A DNA stretch of 52,453 nt from a virus (Duplodnaviria; Caudoviricetes): the IMG/VR virus record IMGVR_UViG_3300042546_000489, positions 1-52,453 of that record; one strand, written 5' to 3'. Below the pieces are notes generated by a model, which was not told the origin of the DNA, did no database searches, and was given only the letters and a program-made list of their open reading frames with translations. A program made the translations under genes and the position numbers. Positions 27,290 through 36,129 of the stretch are shown one piece after another (positions within the stretch are counted from its first letter, which is position 1; every line of letters begins with the position of its first letter).

Positions 27290-29008
27290 ATGACCACGTC
27301 GATTGTGAACGTCGCGCTTTCGTACGCGGCGCGAGGATGGAAGTTGGTGCCGCTCTACGGCGTCACCGAGCCAAAGGTCTGCACTTGCTGGAAAGGCAAG
27401 GACTGCGGGACGCCGGGCAAGCACCCGGCAGGAGGAGACGGCTGGCAACTGCACGCATCGGACGACGAGGAGACGATCCTGTCGTGGTTTCAGGGCAACA
27501 AGCCGGTCAACATTGGAGTCCTGCTCGGGCCTGCGTCTGGCGTCGTGGACGTTGAGCTTGACGACGACGATGCGAAGGCGGCGTGGGAGTCGCTCGGCCT
27601 GGGTGAAGTCTGGACGCCGACGTATCGCGCCGGTCGTGGTCCGCATCGGCTGTTCCGCTGGGACGAGGGTCTGCCTGCGGTGCAGGTGCGCAAGCCGCTC
27701 GGCATCGAGGTTCGTATCGGCAACGGCGGCAAGGCGGCGCAGTCGGTGCTGCCGCCGAGTCGGCACCATACCGGCGTCTACTACGATTGGGTTCCGGGAC
27801 TGTCGCCGGACGACGTGGAATTGGCACCGCTTCCTGAGAAGTTGGTCGCCCTGCTCTGGAATGACGACGGCAGCGGGCAACTGCGGACGAGCGTAGCGAG
27901 GTCGCCAGCGCGCGAGGTGCTGCACCGCGACGTGAAGACCGGAGAGCGGAACAACGAACTGCACCGCTTCGCCGTCTCGGAGGCGTTTCGTGCGGGGCCG
28001 AACCTCGACGATGAGCGAGAGCAGCAAGACCTGCTGCTCAAGTTGCGTGCCGTCAACGTCGTGATGTGCAAGCCGCCGCTCGAAGACTCCGAGATTGTGG
28101 CGGTCTATCGCTCGGCGATCTCGTGGGTGCGAAAGAACCGATCGGCAGGCGTGGACGAGCGGGCCGCGATCGCGGCGGCGGCGACGATCGCGCCTACTCC
28201 GCGCAACACCGGGGCTGCGATTCCGACGCAGGGATGGCAGCGGGTGTTCACGGAGATCGGGCTTTCGTTCGCACCGCTCGTGCCGGATTCCGGCAGCGAT
28301 CCCGAGTGGGGGCCGGGCGAATGGCGGCTGACGGTCGTCCACTCCGACCCACTGGAGTACCGGCTGCACGTTCCCGCGTGGCGTCAGCACACAGCCGACG
28401 GCACGGGCAACGTGTCACTGACGGTGGATCAGTACCGCTCTGCTACGAAGACGGCGGCGCAGGTGCTGGCCGCGACGGGTACGGTGATGCTCGACGATGA
28501 TCCGAAGCGGTGGAAGAAAATCTGGGACGGCGGCTACAAGGTCGTGGACTCCCGCGACGACGACGGCAAGGCACGCACGAGTCACACGGCTCGCGGCGTC
28601 AAGGCGAAGCTCTTGGACAACCCGTCCCACGAGCAGCCAGGAGCATCGAGCCTGCGGTACGTGCTCCTGGCTACATGGCTTTACGACCGGCTGTCGCAGG
28701 CGTCGCAGCCGTCGGACGACGACGTACCCGATCCGACCGGACGGGCGTCGTGGCGGCAGGACGGCACGCTCTGGTTCGCCTGGGGCAAAGTCTGGGAGGA
28801 CATCGAGCGGCAGCACCGGGTGAACGACGGTGAGCGGATTGCCCTCAAGAGGCGTCTGCTGGCCCGTATCGGAGGCGATCGGGACTTCACCCACCGGGAA
28901 CACCGTCATCTCGGAGGAGCCCGCAAATCGTACGTGGTGTGGTCTCGGAGGGAGTTCGCTGTGCTGGAGGAGATGGCGGCTACGGAGCGTGCCGAGGGCG
29001 TTGTATAG
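27290..29008 (+). CDS. Bifunctional primase-polymerase (AEP) with PriCT-like domain
   Basis: YAARGWKLVPL, CTC...C...GKHP, NIG, VDVELD, GPHRLF, VLPPSRH, GERNN, CKPPL. Confidence 0.88.
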   Translation: MTTSIVNVALSYAARGWKLVPLYGVTEPKVCTCWKGKDCGTPGKHPAGGDGWQLHASDDEETILSWFQGNKPVNIGVLLGPASGVVDVELDDDDAKAAWESLGLGEVWTPTYRAGRGPHRLFRWDEGLPAVQVRKPLGIEVRIGNGGKAAQSVLPPSRHHTGVYYDWVPGLSPDDVELAPLPEKLVALLWNDDGSGQLRTSVARSPAREVLHRDVKTGERNNELHRFAVSEAFRAGPNLDDEREQQDLLLKLRAVNVVMCKPPLEDSEIVAVYRSAISWVRKNRSAGVDERAAIAAAATIAPTPRNTGAAIPTQGWQRVFTEIGLSFAPLVPDSGSDPEWGPGEWRLTVVHSDPLEYRLHVPAWRQHTADGTGNVSLTVDQYRSATKTAAQVLAATGTVMLDDDPKRWKKIWDGGYKVVDSRDDDGKARTSHTARGVKAKLLDNPSHEQPGASSLRYVLLATWLYDRLSQASQPSDDDVPDPTGRASWRQDGTLWFAWGKVWEDIERQHRVNDGERIALKRRLLARIGGDRDFTHREHRHLGGARKSYVVWSRREFAVLEEMAATERAEGVV

Positions 29009-29160
29009 GAAAAAAATACATACCCTCTGAGGCTTCGCGGCAGTTCGTTTTTCCCGTCAACGTGCGTTTGGTGCCGTAAAACGCGGCACCAAACGTGCCG
29101 TGAAAAACCGCGAGAAAACGGTTTTTGGAACCAAAAAAAGATCGTGTCAACTTTTTGTAT
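29009..29160. other. AT-tract-rich intergenic region with a 12-bp inverted repeat; candidate replication origin
   Basis: CGTTTGGTGCCG (29065-29076) / CGGCACCAAACG (29084-29095); between primase and helicase. Confidence 0.45.
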
Positions 29161-29181
29161 GACTCCTGCGAGGGGGTGCCT

Positions 29182-30831
29182 GTGAAGATAGCGAGACTGA
29201 TCGGTGCCGCTGGCAGCGGAAAGACGACCGAGTTGTTGCGGATCATGGAGGGAGCCCTGCCGCAGTTAGGCAACGACCCTCTACGCCTTGGATTCGCGAG
29301 CTTCACGCGGGCGGCGCGGGCCGAGGCGGTCGGGCGGGCGAGCGTGGCGTGGGGCGTCGATCCGAGCCTGCTGGAGGGCCGTGGTTGGTTCCGCACCGTG
29401 CATTCGACCTGCAAGCGATGCTTGGAGGTGCAGCCGGGGCAACTGATCGGCGACACGCAGAAGGACTTGGAGTGGATCAGCAACGTGCTCGGCGTGCGGC
29501 TCTCGACGGAGTTGGACGACGAGGTCGGAAGGCAGCGGTTCATCGGCGATCCGGTCGTCTCTGCCTCGCTCAACTGCTGGTCGCTGTGCCGGTCGTCGCT
29601 GATGCCTCTAGACGAGGTCGTGAGGCGGATGCGATCCGTGGATGACGACGTTCCCGACTATGCGGCGATTGTTCGCATATCCGAACGGTACGAGATGGCG
29701 AAGCGCGTCGAAGATCGGCTCGACTTCACCGACCTGCTGACGCGATTCGCTGGACTGCGTGTCGATCCTTCCAGCGGCATCTCCCGCGTCGAGCCGGAAG
29801 GTTACTTGCCGCCCGTCGAGGCGTGGCTGTTCGACGAGCAGCAGGACGCGAGTCCGCTGCTCGACATCGTGTGCAAGCGTCTCGTGACGGCACCGAGCGT
29901 GAAGTGGTGCTACGTCGTCGGCGATCCGTTCCAGGCGATCTACGGCTTCGCAGGATCGTCGGCGGATTGCTTCCTCGGCTGGCCCGCCGCGAAGGAACGG
30001 ACCATGCCGAAGTCCTACCGCTGCCCTGCTCCGATTCTTGAGCTCGGCGAGCGGTGCTTGCGGAGGATGAAGCGTGGCTACTTCGATCGCGGCGTCGCGC
30101 CAGCGGATCATGTCGGGTGCGTTTTCGAGGCCGATGACCTCGAAAAACCGATCAGCATCGCCAATCCGAATGAGGACTGGCTTTTTTTAGCGCGTACTAA
30201 CTACCACGCAAAACGCATGATCGCAGCCCTGCACGTGGCCGGAAAGCCGTGCCGCTGGGTGAAGTCGCCCGACGGAGCGACGAACCGAGGCGACGGGCTC
30301 AAGGCGCTCTTCGCGCTGGAGCGAGACGAACCGATCAGTGGCAAGCAGTGGGCGCACGCTCTCGAACTTCTGCCGACGACGAACAAGGACAAGCAGCCGA
30401 TTCTGACACGCGGCACAAAGACGCGCTGGGCGAAGGAACACTGCGACGATTGGGACACGATCTTCGCGTCCGACCTTTCCAGCGTCGGCGTCGCCGAGGC
30501 TGGCATCGATGCGATCCGGTCTGGCTCGTGGTGCTCGCTGGTTGATCGCGGTGAGCAGTGGCGGCGGCAGGCCGTGACGTGGGGGGCCGAACTCGCGGCG
30601 AACCCACGCATCCGCGTCGGAACGATTCATTCGGTCAAAGGTGCCGAAGCCGACAACGTCGCCGTGCTGACCACGATCGGCTCCCGCGTCGAGCAGGGCA
30701 TGGAGAACCCTGACCAAGCAGACGAGGAGCACCGCATCGCCTACGTCGCCGTGACGCGTGCGAGACGGAATCTGTACGTCGTGAACGAGGGCAAGGCCGG
30801 AAGGCGGGTGCCACGCATGGAGGTGCTATGA
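29182..30831 (+). CDS. UvrD/Rep-like SF1 helicase
   Basis: GAAGSGKTT, FRTVHS, DEQQD, VGDPFQAIYGF, SYRCP, TIHSVKGAE, YVAVTRAR. Confidence 0.92.
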   Translation: MKIARLIGAAGSGKTTELLRIMEGALPQLGNDPLRLGFASFTRAARAEAVGRASVAWGVDPSLLEGRGWFRTVHSTCKRCLEVQPGQLIGDTQKDLEWISNVLGVRLSTELDDEVGRQRFIGDPVVSASLNCWSLCRSSLMPLDEVVRRMRSVDDDVPDYAAIVRISERYEMAKRVEDRLDFTDLLTRFAGLRVDPSSGISRVEPEGYLPPVEAWLFDEQQDASPLLDIVCKRLVTAPSVKWCYVVGDPFQAIYGFAGSSADCFLGWPAAKERTMPKSYRCPAPILELGERCLRRMKRGYFDRGVAPADHVGCVFEADDLEKPISIANPNEDWLFLARTNYHAKRMIAALHVAGKPCRWVKSPDGATNRGDGLKALFALERDEPISGKQWAHALELLPTTNKDKQPILTRGTKTRWAKEHCDDWDTIFASDLSSVGVAEAGIDAIRSGSWCSLVDRGEQWRRQAVTWGAELAANPRIRVGTIHSVKGAEADNVAVLTTIGSRVEQGMENPDQADEEHRIAYVAVTRARRNLYVVNEGKAGRRVPRMEVL

Positions 30832-31322
30832 ATCGACGAGCAAGGAGGCTCGAAGCGCTTTTGACCGAAATACGCGAAGAAGTGCTGTGCTGGGACTCAA
30901 ACCACAAAGGAAAGCGATGGGAGTCCGATTTCGCTGCTGCGTGCCGCGAGCGCGGGCTGTGCGTTGAAGAACCACAAGGCCGCGAAGACTTGCGAGTGAA
31001 CGGACTCAAAGTGCAGTGCAAACATATTGACCAAGTACAAAAAAGCGGACGCATCGACATCACCAATCGCATCCCGGTGAAGTCGAATGGAGGGCTGCGA
31101 GGCTATGTGACTTCTGAATGCGACGTGCTGGCGCTCAAGCACGAAGACGAGCTGTTTCTCGTTCCATCGACAACGCTGTGCGACGACAACGGAATCATTC
31201 AGAAGAGCGTCTATCCGTCTTCGCTACGACGGTTCCTGGACTACTGGGAGGTGTTCGAGACGGGATACGAACCGCCGCGCGTCGCTGTTCAAAATTGGCT
31301 TTTTGACGTTGAGGAATCATGA
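30828..31322 (+). CDS. Putative PD-(D/E)xK-like endonuclease, lower GC
   Basis: E...DLRVNGLKVQCK...Y...CDVLA pattern. Confidence 0.5.
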   Translation: MNRRARRLEALLTEIREEVLCWDSNHKGKRWESDFAAACRERGLCVEEPQGREDLRVNGLKVQCKHIDQVQKSGRIDITNRIPVKSNGGLRGYVTSECDVLALKHEDELFLVPSTTLCDDNGIIQKSVYPSSLRRFLDYWEVFETGYEPPRVAVQNWLFDVEES

Positions 31323-31660
31323 TCGACCTCTACGAAAGTAACCTCGTCTGCTACCGCTGCTCGGCGTCGTCGTGGGAACACGTTGGCGAGTTCGTCCCGA
31401 TGAAAGGGCCGAGGCAGGACGTTCTGGCGTGCGCGTTCTGCGGCGTTCGGATGCGGGTTGATGCCGCAGCTAGGTCGGCTGCGGCTGAGCCGCGAGCCGA
31501 CTGGGCTGAGTTCCGTTTCCAGTACGGGCGGTTCAAGGGCATGACGATCGCAGAGGCGGACGCCGAGCCAAACGGGCGTCGGTATCTGGAGCACCTTCGC
31601 GACACGAACGAGAAGTTGAAGACACGCATCGAGGAATACCTCGCCGCGTCCTCGGCGTAG
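31319..31660 (+). CDS. Zinc-ribbon protein with C-terminal FQYGRFKG domain
   Basis: CYRC, CAFC, YGRFKGMTIAE...YLE. Confidence 0.6.
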   Translation: MIDLYESNLVCYRCSASSWEHVGEFVPMKGPRQDVLACAFCGVRMRVDAAARSAAAEPRADWAEFRFQYGRFKGMTIAEADAEPNGRRYLEHLRDTNEKLKTRIEEYLAASSA

Positions 31661-31727
31661 CGGCTGCAGTCATCGGCCGCATGGATCGCCAAACCGTGAG
31701 AGGCGACGTATCCACGGAACCCAGTAG

Positions 31728-31766
31728 CCGCCCCGCCGTGAATCTCCAGCACGGCGGGGCGGTTTG
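31728..31766 (+). terminator. Intrinsic terminator
   Basis: 13-bp stem CCGCCCCGCCGTG / CACGGCGGGGCGG then TTT. Confidence 0.6.
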
Positions 31767-31787
31767 CTTGACAGCGACTGTCAAGTG
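31767..31787 (+). promoter_or_regulatory. Palindrome CTTGACAG-CGA-CTGTCAAG; variant TTGAC-N8 site
   Basis: Perfect 8-bp inverted repeat; TTGAC 25 nt before the ATG. Confidence 0.45.
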
Positions 31788-31792
31788 GCGGC

Positions 31793-32539
31793 ATGAGCGT
31801 CGCTACGCTGGCACGAAAGCCGCAGTGGCACGATGAGCCTCTCGGCCCGTCGGAGAATCCATTCTCGACCAACAAGGTCACCGGGCATTCGCTGAACTTC
31901 CCGATCATCGGGACGTGCACGCCAACGCTCGTGTGTTCCGATACGTGCTACTTCGCCCGTGGCCCCGCGACTTGGACGGCGAGCTTGGCAAAGCAGCATC
32001 GGCTCTTGAACTCATTGCGTGCCGATCCGCAGAGGCTCGCCGGTCGCATCGCTCATTGGTCAACGCGGCTGCGGCTCACGTTCATTCGCTGGTGCGGCGG
32101 CGGCGACCTCGTAGCTGAGACGCCAGCCTGCATCGACGCCGTAGCCTTGATGCTTCCAGGCGTGCCGCAGTGGGTCGTCACGCGCAAGCCTGAGATCGCT
32201 TCAACGATTCAGCCTCGCGACAACGTCTACGTTCACTTTTCGGTAGATCGGGCATCGTGGGCAAGGCTGGAAGAGTTTCGCGTGTTGGCTCCTCGCGGCC
32301 TGAAGTGGTTCTGGTCGTACCAGTGCGATCGAGGAGAGTCTCCAAGCGACGACGTTGCTCCTGTTGTGTTTCGGCATGGCTATGACCTTGACGGATCGCA
32401 GCCGATTGCGAGAGACTGCCCGCTCAATCTGAGCGAGTCGATTGTTCGGGTATGTGAATCATGCCGTCGCTGCTTCAACGGCGACGCTGTTCAAGGGGCA
32501 ACGGAATGCCACGGGAATCCAACATCGTCGCCGCGATAG
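31793..32539 (+). CDS. Gp88-like Fe-S / radical-SAM-related protein
   Basis: TCTPTLVCSDTCY, FIRWCGGGD, VVTRK, FSVD, C-terminal CP...CESCRRC. Confidence 0.7.
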   Translation: MSVATLARKPQWHDEPLGPSENPFSTNKVTGHSLNFPIIGTCTPTLVCSDTCYFARGPATWTASLAKQHRLLNSLRADPQRLAGRIAHWSTRLRLTFIRWCGGGDLVAETPACIDAVALMLPGVPQWVVTRKPEIASTIQPRDNVYVHFSVDRASWARLEEFRVLAPRGLKWFWSYQCDRGESPSDDVAPVVFRHGYDLDGSQPIARDCPLNLSESIVRVCESCRRCFNGDAVQGATECHGNPTSSPR

Positions 32540-32781
32540 TTCGGGAAGCCAAACAAGCAGGGTGGTGGGTCATGAAGATCCACGGCGGTCCGCATCAGTT
32601 GGCTGGCGTCCCCGACCTGCTCTGTCTTCGACGCGGCAAGGCGGTGTTCCTGGAAGTGAAGCAGCCGGGCAAGAAAGCCACGCCGCTGCAGGTCGCACGC
32701 ATGAGGGAGATCGAGACGCAGGGAGGCGCACCATGCAAGGTCGTTACGTGTCGCGAGGAGGCGATAGCCGCTCTGTCCTAG
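32506..32781 (+). CDS. VRR-NUC domain nuclease
   Basis: ESNI, GVPDLL, FLEVK, TPLQ. Confidence 0.88.
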   Translation: MPRESNIVAAIVREAKQAGWWVMKIHGGPHQLAGVPDLLCLRRGKAVFLEVKQPGKKATPLQVARMREIETQGGAPCKVVTCREEAIAALS

Positions 32782-32974
32782 GCTTCAAGATTCCTGTCGA
32801 TCGCGAGCCACCGGCTCCGACGCCGCTGGATGAAGTCATGTCAGTCATGTTTTTGGAAAGCGCACCGTGGGTGCAATCAAGAATCAAAAAACTGCGGTTG
32901 TCTGGCAGGCTCGTGCGCGGCTGGACACCGCCGACAGTGCCGGACCCGTGCGCCGCTTCGCCCGTGGAGGATTT

Positions 32975-33118
32975 ATGAGTGCACCGCTTCTGCTGTTCGT
33001 CTCTCTGCTTTACTGGGCTGTCGCGATCGAGCAGTGGTGGAAGGGCTCGCCAGCAGGGTTCGTCGTGTGGGCGAGCTACGGCACGGCGAACTGGGGGCTG
33101 ATGTGGATGACGAGGTGA
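32975..33118 (+). CDS. Small membrane protein
   Basis: GGAGG RBS; two hydrophobic segments. Confidence 0.6.
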   Translation: MSAPLLLFVSLLYWAVAIEQWWKGSPAGFVVWASYGTANWGLMWMTR

Positions 33119-33127
33119 GCAGCACAG

Positions 33128-33189
33128 CGATCCCGGCGGGCAGGCACCGGCCCGATAATCCGGCACGCCGAACCCGCCGGGATCGTTTT
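33128..33189 (+). terminator. Hairpin with TTTT just before the attC-like site
   Basis: CGATCCCGGCGGG / CCCGCCGGGATCG. Confidence 0.5.
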
Positions 33190-33281
33190 GAGAACACGGA
33201 AGATCAACGGCGGCCACCGGAGGACTCAACCATGACACATGGCGTAGCAGGGCCGTCCGTTGCATCGCTTGGTTCTCCGAC
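33190..33281 (-). mobile_element. Integron attC-like recombination site
   Basis: R box GAGAAC/GTTCTC, unpaired spacer, L box with extrahelical T33256 and C33263. Confidence 0.7.
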
Positions 33282-33477
33282 TATCGCGTACCGCGTGGTG
33301 GCGGCGAGCAGCGCAAAGGCACTGGAGACGGAGGTAGCACTGTTGATCGCACAGGGATACTTGCCGATAGGTGGCGTCTCAGTGGCAGTGCTGCACAGGG
33401 AGTGGGAAAACCAACTCAAGGGCTACACCGAGAGCGACGCCGACTGGGAGTATTCGCAGGCCATGCTGCGGCAGTGA
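33232..33477 (+). CDS. DUF1737-like protein (cassette gene)
   Basis: YRVV...LETEV...QGYLPIGGVS...YSQAM; GGAGGA RBS. Confidence 0.7.
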   Translation: MTHGVAGPSVASLGSPTIAYRVVAASSAKALETEVALLIAQGYLPIGGVSVAVLHREWENQLKGYTESDADWEYSQAMLRQ

Positions 33478-33542
33478 CGGTCGGAGAACTTGTGTTTCTA
33501 CTGTCCGTATGTTACGCCGCTTCCGTGTATCACGCCTCCGCT

Positions 33543-33575
33543 AACTGCAAGGCCACTAGCCTCGCGTGCCATGAT
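33543..33575 (+). promoter_or_regulatory. Candidate late promoter AACTGCAAGG-N17-CATGAT
   Basis: Repeated motif; 5 nt before the protease ATG. Confidence 0.5.
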
Positions 33576-33580
33576 CGGGC

Positions 33581-34372
33581 ATGCGACTCGTGGCGACTCT
33601 CATCGCCGTGTCGGCCCTCGCGGCATCCGCCGCCACGATTGACGAGTCGAAGGGCGACGGCCGCTACCTCGACTACGGTGCGACGTTCTCTGGCTACGTC
33701 GTGCGGGTCGTCGGCAACAACGCCGAAGGCGTGCCGCTCGCTGGTTCTGGCACGCTCATCTCGCCGCACTGGGTGCTCACGGCGGCACACGTGCCGCACG
33801 AGATGACGGCGGTGACCGTCGTTATCGGCGGCGAGCGTCTCGCGTGCGACCGCGTCGTGCGGCATCCCGAGTGGGAGGGCATCCACGGGTGGCACGACAT
33901 CGCCCTGGTGCGGCTCGGGCGGCATCGGCACGCCGACGTGTATCCACGGCTCGCTGACGGCACCGAGCGGCTCGGGAGCGTCGCCGCCGCCGCTGGGTAC
34001 GGGATGACAGGCACGCTCACACGCGGGCTCACGGGCGGCGACCAGCGGCTGCGGGCGGGGACGTGCGTCCTCGGGTCGATCGAGCACGGCGTGTATGTCT
34101 GCCCGATTCGCAGGACGCCCGACGCTGGGCCGCTCCCGGCGTGCATCGCACCTGGCGACTCGGGTGGCCCGCTCTGGGCGACGGCGATCGACGGCTCGAC
34201 GAGGATTGTGGGCGTGAACTCGTACGTGGCCCGCGTCGGCGGGAAGACGAAGTACGTCCTCGGCGAGGAGTCGGGTCACACGCGCGTGGTGCTCTACCTC
34301 GATTGGATTCGCAGCGTGACCGGCGAACTTGACTCGCCATGCACGATGCCTGAATGCCAACCGCCACGCTGA
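33581..34372 (+). CDS. Secreted trypsin-like (S1) serine protease
   Basis: Signal peptide; triad LTAAH, HDIAL, GDSGGP. Confidence 0.9.
   Translation: MRLVATLIAVSALAASAATIDESKGDGRYLDYGATFSGYVVRVVGNNAEGVPLAGSGTLISPHWVLTAAHVPHEMTAVTVVIGGERLACDRVVRHPEWEGIHGWHDIALVRLGRHRHADVYPRLADGTERLGSVAAAAGYGMTGTLTRGLTGGDQRLRAGTCVLGSIEHGVYVCPIRRTPDAGPLPACIAPGDSGGPLWATAIDGSTRIVGVNSYVARVGGKTKYVLGEESGHTRVVLYLDWIRSVTGELDSPCTMPECQPPR
34329..34348 (+). promoter_or_regulatory. TTGAC-N8-CACGATG motif
   Basis: Repeated motif; ATG follows 5 nt later. Confidence 0.45.
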
Positions 34373-34575
34373 GATTCCGCCTGCCCGAGGACGAGGGCGA
34401 TTTCCGCGACTGCGTCGAAGGCTCGCGGGCGAAGTCGATCGTCATCCTGCTCGATGACCACCTCGCCACCGAGATCAAGGGCGGCGAGCTCGGCCACGAT
34501 GTCGAGGTGGCGTACCAGGAGCTCCGCGAGTGGCTGCGGAGTCAGTGTGCGGAGCACGGGCTCGATCTGCTGTGA
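34354..34575 (+). CDS. Hypothetical protein
   Basis: ATLRFRLPED start; GTGA overlap with the next gene. Confidence 0.65.
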   Translation: MPTATLRFRLPEDEGDFRDCVEGSRAKSIVILLDDHLATEIKGGELGHDVEVAYQELREWLRSQCAEHGLDLL

Positions 34576-34970
34576 CCATCACGCTGTCCATCCCCGGCGA
34601 TCCGGTGCCGCAACCGCGCCCGCGAGTGTCAACGCAGGGCGGGTTCGCTCGCGCGTACGTACCGAAGAGCCATCCAGTTCACGCCTACCGACAGGCGATC
34701 GCATTAGCGGCAAGCGTCGCCGGGCTCCGCGAGCAGGAGAAACCAGTCAGCGTCGTCATCGACGCGGTGTTCGCACGACCGAAATCTCACATGAACAAGG
34801 CAGGCGTGAAGCCGACCGCACCGGCACTGCCGCGACCCGACGTAGACAACCTGGGCAAGGCGGTCCTCGACGCATTGCAGGACGTGATGGGAGACGACAC
34901 GCACGTCGCACGGCTCGTCGTCGAGAAATCGTGGGGCACCGAAGGACGCACGACGGTGCGGATCACGTGA
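34572..34970 (+). CDS. rusA: RusA-like Holliday junction resolvase
   Basis: PVPQPRPR, RPDVDNLGKAVLDAL, DDTHV. Confidence 0.9.
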   Translation: MTITLSIPGDPVPQPRPRVSTQGGFARAYVPKSHPVHAYRQAIALAASVAGLREQEKPVSVVIDAVFARPKSHMNKAGVKPTAPALPRPDVDNLGKAVLDALQDVMGDDTHVARLVVEKSWGTEGRTTVRIT

Positions 34971-35563
34971 GCGTCGCGATCTTCACGAGCGCGGGTGTCG
35001 GCACGCCGTGGGCAGAGCTCACGGTGGCGAACCGTCTCGCGTACTGCGTGCGGCACGACTACACGATGGTGTGGCGGTGCGAGGCGTACTCGCAGGCGTT
35101 GTCGAACTTCTGGCGGATCGGGCAACTGCTCGAACACCATGACCTCGTGTGGACGCTGGACGCCGACTGCGTGATCACGAACCTGACGACCCGGATCGAG
35201 GACGTGCCCGATCTCGGGCCGCACATGACGATCTGCGAGGAGGGTATCGGCGCTCACGCCCTGGTGAACGGCGGGTCGATCGTGTGGCGTGCAACTCAAG
35301 GCACGCTGTCGCTGCTCGCCGACATCGTCGCTGCAGAGGACGAGTGGCGCTCGATGGAGTGGAACGTCCAGCAGTGGCTGATGAAGCACCGCGAGCGGCT
35401 AGCGGATCGCATGACGATCGCGCCGAAACGGGCTTTCAACTCTGTGCATCTCGGGCAGACGAACCACTGGCAGCACGGCGACCTGGTTTATCACCCGTGC
35501 GGTAATCCGCCCGCCATCCGATGCGACTTGATCCGCGAGTACCTGGGGCGGGTGGTCACATGA
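34967..35563 (+). CDS. Glycosyltransferase (GT34/MNN10-like)
   Basis: NRLAYCVRHDY, WTLDADCVITN, VNGGS, GDLVYH. Confidence 0.72.
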   Translation: MSVAIFTSAGVGTPWAELTVANRLAYCVRHDYTMVWRCEAYSQALSNFWRIGQLLEHHDLVWTLDADCVITNLTTRIEDVPDLGPHMTICEEGIGAHALVNGGSIVWRATQGTLSLLADIVAAEDEWRSMEWNVQQWLMKHRERLADRMTIAPKRAFNSVHLGQTNHWQHGDLVYHPCGNPPAIRCDLIREYLGRVVT

Positions 35564-36129
35564 GCTACCAGTTCACGCACGACTGGTTCTCGATGCGCAC
35601 GAACGCATGGCGAGAGCACGTGCTGCCTCGCCTGCCGCACCCGTGCCGATGGCTGGAGGTCGGCTCGCACGAGGGTCGCTCGGCGTGCTGGATGCTCGAT
35701 GAGGCGCTGAAGCCCGGCGACGTGATCACGTGCGTGGATACGTGGGGCGGGCCGTTCGACGGGTACTCGTCGGAGAATCCCGAGGCGCGGTTCGAAGCGA
35801 ACCTCGCGGGACGTGCCGAGAAGTTCAAGGGACGCTCGCACGTATTCTTCGCCCGTGCTCTCGCCGAGCATCGGATGTTCGACGGCGTCTACATCGACGG
35901 CGGGCACGAGGGCCGCACGGTGCTCGAAGACACCGTCCTCGCGTGGCGTCTGCTCAAAGTCGGCGCGGTCATCGTGTGGGACGACTACGAATGGCGCGAC
36001 CCGCACCCGAACCGGCAGCACCTGCCGACGCCGAAGCCCGCGATCGATGCGTTCCTCTCGCTCTACGGTCAATACCTCGACGTGCTGCATCGTGAGTGGC
36101 AAGTCATCGCCGTGAAGCGGGGCGAGTAA
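35560..36129 (+). CDS. Class I SAM methyltransferase (Methyltransf_24-like, probably O-methyltransferase)
   Basis: LEVGSHEGRS, YIDGGH, LLKVG...DDY. Confidence 0.82.
   Translation: MSYQFTHDWFSMRTNAWREHVLPRLPHPCRWLEVGSHEGRSACWMLDEALKPGDVITCVDTWGGPFDGYSSENPEARFEANLAGRAEKFKGRSHVFFARALAEHRMFDGVYIDGGHEGRTVLEDTVLAWRLLKVGAVIVWDDYEWRDPHPNRQHLPTPKPAIDAFLSLYGQYLDVLHREWQVIAVKRGE

Noticed and set aside
32747-32978. Possible small ORF between VRR-NUC and the membrane protein
   Set aside because: Start uncertain and no motif; may be real but not supportable
35560-36129. DNA methyltransferase partner for TET
   Set aside because: Lacks PC/ENV or DPPY/NPPY motifs; matches small-molecule or sugar O-methyltransferases
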